Below are positions 19,281 to 28,280 of a stretch of DNA of 64,000 bases, piece after piece. The DNA is taken from positions 32,001 to 96,000 of IMG/VR virus record IMGVR_UViG_3300023213_000432. The stretch is one strand, 5' to 3'. The position numbers and the translations under genes were made by a program. Every line of letters starts with the position of its first letter. The stretch's first letter is position 1. The stretch comes from a virus. Its lineage: Duplodnaviria; Caudoviricetes. Under the pieces are notes generated by a model. It was not told where the DNA came from. It did no database searches and saw nothing but the letters and a program-made list of their open reading frames with translations.

Positions 19281-19371
19281 TCGCCCCACAGAGAAAGCAA
19301 TTCACGCCAAACTCTTACGTGGGAATGAAAAGAAAAGCACAATGGTGTTCTCATCTTTTCCCACGGGGCGA
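19281..19371 (+). ncRNA. candidate structured intergenic RNA
   Basis: TCGCCCC/GGGGCGA and GTGGGAA/TTCCCAC stacked stems plus internal hairpins. Confidence 0.35.
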
Positions 19372-19555
19372 AATATTTAGGCTCTGCCATCGCTAAGATA
19401 ACGGAGCATTTTAACATGAACATTGAATTGATTGAACTTTGGAAAGCAAAGGATACCATGGGCAAAATCAAATATTGGCAGGATAGTGCTAAGATCTTTC
19501 TTGGACTATTAATTATGTGGATTGCAGAGGGAAAGACTCTTAAAAGGAGATCATA

Positions 19556-19831
19556 ATGTTCAAGTGTCAAGTTCTTGGAATTCAATCTAAACTCGGTGAG
19601 AAATGTCATCGTTTGGTAATTTCTCGTGAATCTAAAGATTACTACGATTGGCGTCTTGATGAAGAAACCGATAAGTATGTTTGGACGAAGATTGGAACTG
19701 GTTGGCAAATCAAAAGAGAAATAAATGCTACTCAAGAAGGCGTCGAAGCATATAACTCTTGGACTCCTGAGCAACAAGAAACGTTTGCTAAATCTCTTGA
19801 CAAACCAATCAAGCAAGAGAAAACTTTTTAG
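19556..19831 (+). CDS. hypothetical protein
   Basis: AGGAG SD. Confidence 0.6.
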   Translation: MFKCQVLGIQSKLGEKCHRLVISRESKDYYDWRLDEETDKYVWTKIGTGWQIKREINATQEGVEAYNSWTPEQQETFAKSLDKPIKQEKTF

Positions 19832-19843
19832 AAAGTTTTATAA

Positions 19844-20509
19844 ATGAGCACTTTCAGCCTAGGCGACATTGTTCAATGGACTGATAGTCATGGAACCCAC
19901 ACTGGCACTGTAGTTGTGTTAGAATATAATAAACAGAAATGTCTTATTGGGTGGAAAAACAACTATTCTCCTTCGCACAACTTTTGGACAATTGATCATG
20001 GTTATTTTTTGAGTCAGTGCGCTAAGTTTTTAATTATTGTAGATTTTATCTCTTATATTACGGGGTATTGGGCTGATGATGGACAATTAACTTTGGTATC
20101 CAAAGCGAGACAATGGCAGCTTGGAAACAGAGTTAAAGTTGAGGGAATTGACACAGAGGGCATGGTCATTGGAATGGACGTTCGTCCTGTTTATGGCAAT
20201 GATCTTTTAGTTGGGTTTAGGACGAAGATTGAACATGGGGCGTCTTTTGTCATAGACCAAAAAACAATAAATCAACTAGATCATAATCTAAGTACTTATT
20301 GGACAGAGGGGATTGTATGTGCCTGTTGGTTTCAACTGCACCGTATTTCTTTAGTTAATGATGATAATACGATAGCACAAAAAAGTGCTGGATGTTTCTG
20401 TCGCAAGTGCCAGAATTTTTCGGGTTACGCGGAACCTAATCAAGCGGACGGTTTGTTTGTATGTTGGAGCTGTCGGACTACACCTTTTTATGGAAGTGCT
20501 GTATCGTGA
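19844..20509 (+). CDS. two SH3-like modules + C-terminal Zn ribbon
   Basis: FSLGDIVQW, WQLGNRVKV; CRKC...YAEPNQADG..CWSC. Confidence 0.6.
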   Translation: MSTFSLGDIVQWTDSHGTHTGTVVVLEYNKQKCLIGWKNNYSPSHNFWTIDHGYFLSQCAKFLIIVDFISYITGYWADDGQLTLVSKARQWQLGNRVKVEGIDTEGMVIGMDVRPVYGNDLLVGFRTKIEHGASFVIDQKTINQLDHNLSTYWTEGIVCACWFQLHRISLVNDDNTIAQKSAGCFCRKCQNFSGYAEPNQADGLFVCWSCRTTPFYGSAVS

Positions 20510-20730
20510 TAACAGAATGTCCATTCAAAGTTGGTCAAAAGATTGAGGGCAAAGATGCCGTACCTACTTTGCTCGGATTTGGCATCAAGGACATTTGGTA
20601 TGTTTGTATTGTGGAAAAAGTTGATGGAAATTTGATGCAAGTGGTTTGTCCTAATCTATATGGAGAAGTGAAGCCTTGGATCAATTATCATCCAGATTGG
20701 TTTCGAGAATTTAAAGAGAAAGAAGCATGA
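20506..20730 (+). CDS. SH3-like single-module protein
   Basis: PFKVGQKIE; GTGA overlap. Confidence 0.5.
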   Translation: MITECPFKVGQKIEGKDAVPTLLGFGIKDIWYVCIVEKVDGNLMQVVCPNLYGEVKPWINYHPDWFREFKEKEA

Positions 20731-21068
20731 AATATATTCTATTTGTTTTATTATTGTGTCTTGGTTGCGGAAGCCAGATTCGATTTCCTGACAGCGTTCA
20801 TGATGATAATAATGAAAAACGGTTTGATGCTTATATTTTGTTTATTGACGGCGCAGAATATGGCGATCAATGGTGGAGTTTTAATTCGGGAAATTCGACA
20901 GGCATTCTACGAACCACTAGTTGCGATCTATCAACAACAAAAAGCACCTCTAATAGAGTTATTCTTATTTACCGGCTTTATAGTTTGACGGGCTGGCTTC
21001 CAGATAGAATACTCTTCGAGAACGACAATACTGTTTGTAAGTGGAACACCATTTACTTTAAACAATAG
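20727..21068 (+). CDS. putative lipoprotein
   Basis: LLLCLGC lipobox. Confidence 0.6.
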   Translation: MKYILFVLLLCLGCGSQIRFPDSVHDDNNEKRFDAYILFIDGAEYGDQWWSFNSGNSTGILRTTSCDLSTTKSTSNRVILIYRLYSLTGWLPDRILFENDNTVCKWNTIYFKQ

Positions 21069-21126
21069 ATGTCACTGAATGAGTTTGGTATGGCTCTTAA
21101 AGAAACAATTAAACAACTGGCGATCG

Positions 21127-21768
21127 ATGAAGTATGTAAAGCATATATTTTCGTTAGCTAGCATTTCGGCGCTGATTATAAGTGCTTGTGGGCCTCACCA
21201 TCAGTCTTTCAAACGATGTGATCCTAAATTCTATTTTGTAGATCAAACTAACTACGATGTTAATCCTAAATTTTATACCCCTCGCAATATTGCGGTGGAT
21301 ACTTCAGGACTTGACATCAATTTAAACATGATTGATCGTTTAACTAATGAGACGGAGCAATGTCTCATGGATACCTTTGGTAATCCTCCAACTCTTTCTC
21401 CTAAAGTGGCGTCCAATGGGTGGTGTCAAAGTTTTACTTTTGATTTGCCAGTGCATCGGGAATGTTTGGTGGTTAAGGTAGCTTCGGATTGGTTTCTTTC
21501 TACGTATGACTATAATGGTAGCAAACAGCAGCAACTTCCTTATAGCAATGGTGGAAGCTGTACTGACAAAGGTTTGCCTCCAGGTAAATGCTACTATCGA
21601 GTAGGCATCCAGGATAATACTACTATTGCGGTACCACCTAGTTTCTACTTATATAAAGATGGATTGGTTAGAATTATTACTGGATGCAAAAATCCTTGGT
21701 ATTCTGATCCTTTAGCTAATTGTATGAATCCCACCACTCAACCGTTAGACAACGGAATGCAACCTTGA
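21127..21768 (+). CDS. putative Cys-rich lipoprotein
   Basis: IISAC lipobox. Confidence 0.6.
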   Translation: MKYVKHIFSLASISALIISACGPHHQSFKRCDPKFYFVDQTNYDVNPKFYTPRNIAVDTSGLDINLNMIDRLTNETEQCLMDTFGNPPTLSPKVASNGWCQSFTFDLPVHRECLVVKVASDWFLSTYDYNGSKQQQLPYSNGGSCTDKGLPPGKCYYRVGIQDNTTIAVPPSFYLYKDGLVRIITGCKNPWYSDPLANCMNPTTQPLDNGMQP

Positions 21769-21780
21769 TGGAAGCATCGA

Positions 21781-21827
21781 GTCAATAATCCGCGATTAAA
21801 ATCGTGTGTCTCTTTGAACAGATTTTC
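21781..21827 (+). mobile_element. solo-hairpin scar of the IsrB element family (47 bp)
   Basis: GTCAATAATCC..hairpin..TCTCTTTGAACAGATTTTC|ATGA: both element termini around one hairpin. Confidence 0.75.
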
Positions 21828-22400
21828 ATGAAAGTGTTTTTATTTTTAATGTTGATGATGTCTTGTTCGCTTTCCACTCCTACTTGGATTATTCACACGC
21901 CCCCTCAAAAGACGATTAAATATATTCCTATCGTAGTGGATGAAGTTTTTTCTTCTAAAGAGCAACACGAAATCCAAATAGCAGTAGAAGAATGGAATGT
22001 TGCTCTTAATGGAAACATCAAATTAGAAGTAGTTAATTGGACTTTTGACATGGAACCTGATCTTCTTTCAAAAATGATGAAGATTGGAATTGTGATTTTG
22101 TCAGTGAGTCCTGATGGCAGTGTCATGCGTTCAGTTGATGATGGAAACTTAGGAGCCAAGGTTGATGAGATAGGCGGACATGTTATTTATCTATTAAAGG
22201 GACGCGCCACTTTGCCTAGAATCAAGCTTGTGACGGAGCATGAGTTGGGTCATGTGTTGGGCGCGGAACATCAAGAAGGAACTTTAATGGATCCGGTTTA
22301 TAAACGTGTTTCTTCTTGTATTGATCATGAGACCATCAAGCAAATTGCTAAGTATAATAATCTTAATCCAGACACAATGAATTGGTGCCAAAACACGTGA
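21828..22400 (+). CDS. zincin metalloprotease, matrixin/M10-like, secreted
   Basis: HELGHVLGAEH + Met-turn TLMDP; signal/lipobox. Confidence 0.85.
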   Translation: MKVFLFLMLMMSCSLSTPTWIIHTPPQKTIKYIPIVVDEVFSSKEQHEIQIAVEEWNVALNGNIKLEVVNWTFDMEPDLLSKMMKIGIVILSVSPDGSVMRSVDDGNLGAKVDEIGGHVIYLLKGRATLPRIKLVTEHELGHVLGAEHQEGTLMDPVYKRVSSCIDHETIKQIAKYNNLNPDTMNWCQNT

Positions 22401-22768
22401 AATATCTATTATTACTATTTCTTTTAGGTTGTGCTTCTGCTGATAGAAACCTGATGCAAGTATCTTGCCCTCATCTCCAACCTCCTGCCAGCCCTCTTAC
22501 CACTTCCTCTATTTCTAGAGAATTTGGAAAAGACGGGCAGATTTTAGTTAAAATTTCTAATGTTTATCGAGTTGCAGTAGCTCATTGTGAAGCCCTTAAA
22601 GATTGTCATGTACAAATTGATTTGATGTGTGGGGAAGGCAATTGGACGATTCTACAAGAGAAGTATTTGATTAGCAAACTTCATGATAAGGGAAACGATA
22701 TATATCAATATGATATGTATGGTTTATATTTTATGATAGCGGGGTGTAAGTCAATAACCCACGACTAA
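22397..22768 (+). CDS. putative lipoprotein
   Basis: LLFLLGC lipobox; last codons supplied by the scar. Confidence 0.6.
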   Translation: MKYLLLLFLLGCASADRNLMQVSCPHLQPPASPLTTSSISREFGKDGQILVKISNVYRVAVAHCEALKDCHVQIDLMCGEGNWTILQEKYLISKLHDKGNDIYQYDMYGLYFMIAGCKSITHD

Positions 22769-22795
22769 AATCATGGGTCTCTTTGAACCATTTTC
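22750..22795 (+). mobile_element. solo-hairpin scar of the IsrB element family (46 bp)
   Basis: GTCAATAACCCACGACTAAAATCATGGGTCTCTTTGAACCATTTTC|ATGA. Confidence 0.8.
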
Positions 22796-23554
22796 ATGAG
22801 ATTAAAACCTACTACCAGTCTTATCTACGACAACATCAGAGCGCTCAATCAGAACGGAGAACTGATTTGTTTGATTGGGAAAAATAAAGCTGAATGGTAT
22901 CTATCCAAAAATTTAGCTAAGGTGGTTTCCGAAGATCCTTATACTATTCAATTGACCTTTCAAGCTAACGGTGATGGGCGGAAAGGTGACGCCTATTATC
23001 TTCAAGAAGTTAAAAACATTTGTGTGGTTTGTGGAACTACCGAACAACTTACCAGGCATCATGTGGTTCCATATTGCTATCGAACTTATTTTCCGGTAGA
23101 GACGAAAAGTCATTCGAGCCACGATGTTCTACCGACATGCGTTTCTTGTCACGATAATTATGAAGACTTTGCTAATCAATTTCGTCGTCAATTATCCAAA
23201 GAGTTTGACATTCCTTATAATGGACTTTGCGAATTAGATCGTGATTTAGTGAAAGCTATCCATGCTGCTCGTACATTGGTAAGCTATCAAGAAAAAATTC
23301 CTCAGATTCGTCAAGATGTTTTATGGGATAGAGTGAGAAAATGGGTTGATAAAAAAGATGTTTCTCAACAAGAGTTAAAAAAATTAGCTGACACCCACCC
23401 TAGGCAAGCTATCCTTAATATAGCCTCCCATGGAGAATTAATGATAAAAAAAATCAATGACATTCAAGGTTTTATTAAACGATGGCGAGAACATTTTCTC
23501 AAGTTTGCTAAGCCTAAATTTTTGCCAGAGCATTGGTCGGTAGAAAGAGAATAA
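22796..23554 (+). CDS. HNH-fold nuclease-like protein (resembles the C-terminal HNH-like region of EXD2-type proteins)
   Basis: KAEWYL, CVVCG...TRHHVVPYCYR..HSSHDVLPTCVSCH. Confidence 0.7.
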   Translation: MRLKPTTSLIYDNIRALNQNGELICLIGKNKAEWYLSKNLAKVVSEDPYTIQLTFQANGDGRKGDAYYLQEVKNICVVCGTTEQLTRHHVVPYCYRTYFPVETKSHSSHDVLPTCVSCHDNYEDFANQFRRQLSKEFDIPYNGLCELDRDLVKAIHAARTLVSYQEKIPQIRQDVLWDRVRKWVDKKDVSQQELKKLADTHPRQAILNIASHGELMIKKINDIQGFIKRWREHFLKFAKPKFLPEHWSVERE

Positions 23555-23820
23555 TGTTTAACTTGGAAACGGCATTAATAGAATGGTTGGAAAGCCAAGG
23601 TTTAGTGCTTGGTGGTTGGTCTAGAGAAAAATGGAACAGTATTCGAGTAGTATTTGCTAAAAAGAATAGCAATGCTTTTTTCTGTGTGAATCCGAAAGTT
23701 TCATTCAATCGGAAGGATTTTGTTAATGCCGATGCTTTGGATTATACGCTGTTTAATGAGGCAGTTTGGCTGATTGAACATCACCCTTTCTATTATTTTT
23801 TTAACGCCAGAGAAATCTAA
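23554..23820 (+). CDS. hypothetical protein
   Basis: TAATG overlap. Confidence 0.5.
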   Translation: MFNLETALIEWLESQGLVLGGWSREKWNSIRVVFAKKNSNAFFCVNPKVSFNRKDFVNADALDYTLFNEAVWLIEHHPFYYFFNAREI

Positions 23821-23840
23821 ATACAAGCAATATTGGGATT

Positions 23841-24179
23841 GTGTTAAAGATGTTTCGATCTTGTGAATGGAAATATCTGGATTATGACTCAAAAACAGAT
23901 CAGGATCGATACGAAATCACCATTGTGGATGATGATTTTATTGAAACCGTCGCCACTATTTCCGCCGCCTCTGTTTCCGCCGCCTACGCCATCGCCCTGA
24001 TCGATATTTACTCTCGGAGAAATCTCAATGTGGCTGGTAATCTAGTTTTGTATATGCAATATGCAGAACATAGATGGTCAGAATTAGTTATTAACCTACA
24101 AATTGAAGAGTATTCAAAATACGTTCCTGAATATTCAAAATATCATGATCAAGTAATGGGTTATTTAGTATTTATGTGA
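23841..24179 (+). CDS. hypothetical protein, paralog of 46236-46538
   Basis: YEITIVDDDF..YSRRNLNVAGNLVL..YVPEYS.YHDQVM. Confidence 0.65.
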   Translation: MLKMFRSCEWKYLDYDSKTDQDRYEITIVDDDFIETVATISAASVSAAYAIALIDIYSRRNLNVAGNLVLYMQYAEHRWSELVINLQIEEYSKYVPEYSKYHDQVMGYLVFM

Positions 24180-24284
24180 TTGCTTGCTGATATAGAGAAT
24201 GATATGATTGCTTTAAAATGTATTGAAATGGTGGAAAAAGTTCATGGCGCCTTTACTAAAGCGCTTAATACTGTGAGGAATAAA

Positions 24285-24524
24285 ATGATCGAAGAAAAAA
24301 AAGTTGAAAAGAAGGAAGAAAAGCCAGTGGAAGGCGAATTTGATCTAAAAGGGCTGCTCGGAAAAGATGAAGGCGAAGCGGTTAAGACTGCTTCCGAAGC
24401 TGGATTTAAAACTCGTGTTCTCCAACGAGATAGTGAAAGTTTTATGGCTACTATGGACATGAATATGAAGCGAATCAATTTCCATGTTGAAAAGGGATTA
24501 ATTACTAAAGTGTGGAAGGGTTGA
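24285..24524 (+). CDS. protease-inhibitor-like protein (potato I / I78 family)
   Basis: GLLGKDEGEA...RVL...MATMDMNMKRINFHVEKGLITKVWKG; start could be upstream (24180). Confidence 0.55.
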   Translation: MIEEKKVEKKEEKPVEGEFDLKGLLGKDEGEAVKTASEAGFKTRVLQRDSESFMATMDMNMKRINFHVEKGLITKVWKG

Positions 24525-25084
24525 TGCATTTTCTAAACAACAAGAAAAAATCTCTCTTTCGAGATTATCTTGAAACATATCTTGGTGATTTAGAATTGAT
24601 TGCATTATCTTTTGGTCGGAAGGAAGACAAACCCGTTTGGATAGTCACTTTTGAAAATCCTAGAGGTAGTATTCAAACCATTCACGTAGTGCTAAAAGAC
24701 GAGGATTTGTTTTCTAAGGAAACTGCTGAGGATGTAGCTGTAAGAATCAAAAAACAGGTCGCACACAAAGGCACTCAGAATGAGGAAAGCTCGCTCAACC
24801 GAAAATTGCGAGAACGATTAGAATCCGACGCCAACATTGGACTTGACTTGTCTCCCGGCAATGACGACATTAAAGACATGCTGGTTGCTTACGATAAGTT
24901 GGAACGAAGTTTCAATGAACTGAAGCGCAAAGTTACAGAATTAGAAGCAGAAAGGGATTTCCTGGAAAACATTGTGGAAACTGCTGCGATGGTCACGGAT
25001 CATAGCGGTGATTTCCAAAATCCCGATGGTTGTTTGGATGCATTGAGGGAAGAAGTCGCAGAGTATCGAGCGAACAAAAAATGA
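24524..25084 (+). CDS. hypothetical protein with coiled coil
   Basis: ORF with TGATG overlap. Confidence 0.55.
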   Translation: MHFLNNKKKSLFRDYLETYLGDLELIALSFGRKEDKPVWIVTFENPRGSIQTIHVVLKDEDLFSKETAEDVAVRIKKQVAHKGTQNEESSLNRKLRERLESDANIGLDLSPGNDDIKDMLVAYDKLERSFNELKRKVTELEAERDFLENIVETAAMVTDHSGDFQNPDGCLDALREEVAEYRANKK

Positions 25085-25431
25085 AACTCTGGTTCATTGG
25101 TCAATGGGGCAATCACGAAGAAGGCACTGATGGTAAAGATACTCAGTGTGTCATTCGTGGTAATGATATGATGCGAGTCATCAAATCTGCTGAGGAATGT
25201 TTCCAAATTTACCGAGAATATAGAGGAGGACGGGCGGATTTTATCTTCCTTTTGGGAGAAGATGGTCTCGATGACGATGGCAAGGAAGCTTTGATTATAC
25301 CGGTTTGGATAGGTTATTGTTTTAATCTTGGTAATTTACCGTTGTGGCATCGACGTTATTGGGATACTGATAAATGGGAAAGCACCAAGACATTATATGG
25401 AGTGCAATTTGAAACCGATCAACCAACTTAA
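25081..25431 (+). CDS. hypothetical protein
   Basis: ATGA overlap. Confidence 0.55.
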   Translation: MKLWFIGQWGNHEEGTDGKDTQCVIRGNDMMRVIKSAEECFQIYREYRGGRADFIFLLGEDGLDDDGKEALIIPVWIGYCFNLGNLPLWHRRYWDTDKWESTKTLYGVQFETDQPT

Positions 25432-25744
25432 TAACTATGACCTTATCGATACTTTGATTTGCAGGAGTTCTGGATATTCTTGCCCTGAACACGAAGTCTA
25501 TGGTCTCGCTGAAGTTTATGAAGAGATGATACTAAGGCTGGCTCGTTTGGACAAAGCAACAGAAATCATTCAGGGCTTTATGATTTCCGATGACAACTGC
25601 GGAGTAGATGGTTGCACCAAGACTAATTTGGGCGGCTTCCTTGGTATGCCTTGTCGAGAACATATGGGCGAGGAACCGATGTTCGAGCAAGATGAGGAGT
25701 TTGCTAAAATTGTTCATTTAGCGAGGGAGTGGCTAAAGCAATGA
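25328..25744 (+). CDS. hypothetical protein
   Basis: ORF; start uncertain. Confidence 0.45.
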   Translation: MVIYRCGIDVIGILINGKAPRHYMECNLKPINQLNNYDLIDTLICRSSGYSCPEHEVYGLAEVYEEMILRLARLDKATEIIQGFMISDDNCGVDGCTKTNLGGFLGMPCREHMGEEPMFEQDEEFAKIVHLAREWLKQ

Positions 25745-26049
25745 GGATTGTCTCTTTCAATGGTGGGCATTATCTAATCACCGAATTATTTTTTAATAAA
25801 TCGTTGGAGATTGGATATGCAAGAGATCCAGAAAAACACTTCGATCTTTATTTTCATTTTTGTCCCGCGGGGCACGATCATGCAGGATTGAGTTTTTCTG
25901 TTTCTTTGTTTGGATGGTTATTTGAATTTAGTCTTCGCGATCGTCGTCATTGGAATTATCAATTGAATCGTTGGATGACGGACGAGGAAGCCAAAACAGA
26001 AGCAGACGGTCGATGTATGTCTGATTCCATCGAGCATCGAGCAAAATGA
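25741..26049 (+). CDS. hypothetical protein
   Basis: ATGA overlap. Confidence 0.55.
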   Translation: MRIVSFNGGHYLITELFFNKSLEIGYARDPEKHFDLYFHFCPAGHDHAGLSFSVSLFGWLFEFSLRDRRHWNYQLNRWMTDEEAKTEADGRCMSDSIEHRAK

Positions 26050-26492
26050 AAATGGATAAAACAACCACTCAATTTCTAAATGATCATTGGCATCTTATTG
26101 TGGATACTCTTTCAAGCGAAATGGGCTCTATTGGCAAGAAATTGGGAGATGATCTTACTGTTATGCGTAATGAGATAGAAGAATTAGAACGGAGCATACA
26201 TCAAGCTTGCCCCTGTCTTCATACCACGCCGTGCAGCGAGAACTGTACTTGTGTCAATGGATTCTCTTCTCACGGTTGCAGACGATGTTGTTCCTATGGG
26301 AGCCAAGAGCAGCAAAAGAATGCGGCGATATATCTTGTTCAACAGGAAAAAGAATTACAAGCCTATCGAAAACTTGTTGAGCGATTGATAAAAGGACATC
26401 GCCCCTCAATACCTTTTGAGAGGGTTATCTATACTGAAACAGCATTAGATCTTCTTCTCGACGAACTAGATGCTATTAAAAAAGAACAATGA
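26046..26492 (+). CDS. Cys-cluster hypothetical protein
   Basis: CPCLH..PC..NCTC....HGCRRCC. Confidence 0.6.
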   Translation: MKMDKTTTQFLNDHWHLIVDTLSSEMGSIGKKLGDDLTVMRNEIEELERSIHQACPCLHTTPCSENCTCVNGFSSHGCRRCCSYGSQEQQKNAAIYLVQQEKELQAYRKLVERLIKGHRPSIPFERVIYTETALDLLLDELDAIKKEQ

Positions 26493-26509
26493 TTATCAGA
26501 GGAGATTAA

Positions 26510-26818
26510 GTGATTCATTTCGATGACATTAAGCCCGAATATTATTTAAAAGTGTTGTTTAAGGGTTGCGAGAAAGATGTCGATCTATGTTTTCGAGTTA
26601 TCTCTAATAAAAAGGTGGATGTTTATATTTTAGATCGAGACCATTCAGTTGAATTATATGATAAGGATATTGGGAATTTCGCTTGGGATGCATCAGAGAA
26701 CGGCTTGAATCATATTTTCAGGGTTCAATCACCTAAATCAAAAAGTAATCTTTGGCTTCTGATTGTCAATAGATCTAATAAACCTGTATCGATTACGTAC
26801 GAGTGCTATGAAGTTTGA
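26510..26818 (+). CDS. hypothetical beta-rich protein
   Basis: GAGGAG SD, GTG start. Confidence 0.55.
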   Translation: MIHFDDIKPEYYLKVLFKGCEKDVDLCFRVISNKKVDVYILDRDHSVELYDKDIGNFAWDASENGLNHIFRVQSPKSKSNLWLLIVNRSNKPVSITYECYEV

Positions 26819-27212
26819 AAGGAAAATGAAATGACACCAGAAGAAAAAGAAGTCATTCTTTGGGCATTATGTTGGAAACAAAATTGGGATGAAACTGGAA
26901 TGCCCGATTATAGAACTGTTACGTATGTTACCAAATGCGATATAGGTTTTATGAAGTAATTAAAAATTACGAGAAAAGTGTAATGAAGGAACATTTAGAG
27001 AGCAAGTGATGGCATCAAAACTGTCAAGTAAAGGTAGATTTTGGGGCAAGGACATGTTGTCCAAGGGCGTCGATTTTCATGATCTCAGAGTGGATAATCC
27101 TCATCCTGTTATTAAGAAGGTGAAGGGACGAATGACTACGAATGAGATTGAGGAGATGTTGGAAGAGTTGGAGAATCAGTAAGGGAAACTGCAAAAGAGT
27201 TTACGGAAGTGG

Positions 27213-28262
27213 TTATTCAAGTATTGCACGGGCTTTACCGGCTAATATTCTTCGTATGTACCGCTCACCAACACCGAATTGTTTGGCGATTTCCTTAACT
27301 GGTTTTTGGTTCCCCAATACTCTAATTGCAATAATATCTTCGTTTGAAAGTTTCACTACTCTCCCACCAAGTCCATGATGTTTAGGCGGGTTAACTGTCA
27401 TTGCAATGTCACGTTTCCTTTTTAGAAATATGATAGCGCCGTCATAGAGCCAGTGAATAATACGATTGAGTTCGGTTTGATCGCCATATCTCAATCCAAA
27501 TGTTTTAAGTAATTTACCATACTTTTTATCTCTAATAATCCTGTGTTTAGATTGTATGGAGCATCTTGTTGCGAAGACTCTTTCAATTGTTTTCAGCATG
27601 TTCTGAGTGCCAATTAAAGAGAGTCTTAAAGTATTATACCTATTATCTTGCCAAAAAGATCCGTCTCCATCGATAAATCCTCGAATGAAATGATGGACAA
27701 GTGGATGTTTAATTAATCGTTTAGGGAATTTGAGTGTAAGGCTTTTTTTTGGTGTGATATTGAAGCGAGCCATTAAATCATCAAACATTTTCTTGGATGT
27801 TATTTGGAACCCATATCCCCAACTATTTTTGGCTTTACAATACCATTTGTGCAATTTATGTTTGGATTTGAATAATTTTTTGATCAATTTCAAATAAGCA
27901 ATATCCTTATGTCCTAAAGCAATGCTTATTATTCCGTTGGGTTTTGATTTACTCTTGTGTAGGCATCCATCAGCGGCTATAAATCCCGCCAAATACATTG
28001 AGATTTCTGTGTCTGTGGAAAATAATTCATCATTGACACATTTTCTTGGTTTCTCTTGTTTGCCAGCCCCGATTCGCTTAAGCCTATGTCTATTCATATA
28101 ATTGATGATAGTAGTTTTGTCTATGTCAAGATGATTGCTAAGTTTATCTACACTTTTAAATTCGTTGTATTTTTCTCGAAGAAACTCTTTGGTTAGATAA
28201 TCTGCATATTTTAAAGGGGCTGCCATTTTTTGATCTCGTTTGCTCATCAATAGATATATCAC
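27213..28262 (-). CDS. free-standing two-motif LAGLIDADG homing endonuclease with HTH extensions
   Basis: YLAGFIAADG and FIRGFIDGDG; C-terminal KLSNEDII..IAKQFGV HTH; start uncertain (28262/28247/28226). Confidence 0.88.
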   Translation of the reverse strand: MIYLLMSKRDQKMAAPLKYADYLTKEFLREKYNEFKSVDKLSNHLDIDKTTIINYMNRHRLKRIGAGKQEKPRKCVNDELFSTDTEISMYLAGFIAADGCLHKSKSKPNGIISIALGHKDIAYLKLIKKLFKSKHKLHKWYCKAKNSWGYGFQITSKKMFDDLMARFNITPKKSLTLKFPKRLIKHPLVHHFIRGFIDGDGSFWQDNRYNTLRLSLIGTQNMLKTIERVFATRCSIQSKHRIIRDKKYGKLLKTFGLRYGDQTELNRIIHWLYDGAIIFLKRKRDIAMTVNPPKHHGLGGRVVKLSNEDIIAIRVLGNQKPVKEIAKQFGVGERYIRRILAGKARAILE

Positions 28263-28280
28263 TTGGAAAGGAAGTGTGAA

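Noticed and set aside
26830-27180. Possible frameshifted small ORF before the LAGLIDADG gene
   Set aside because: Can be read as two or three sub-60-aa ORFs; no paralog to anchor a frameshift claim
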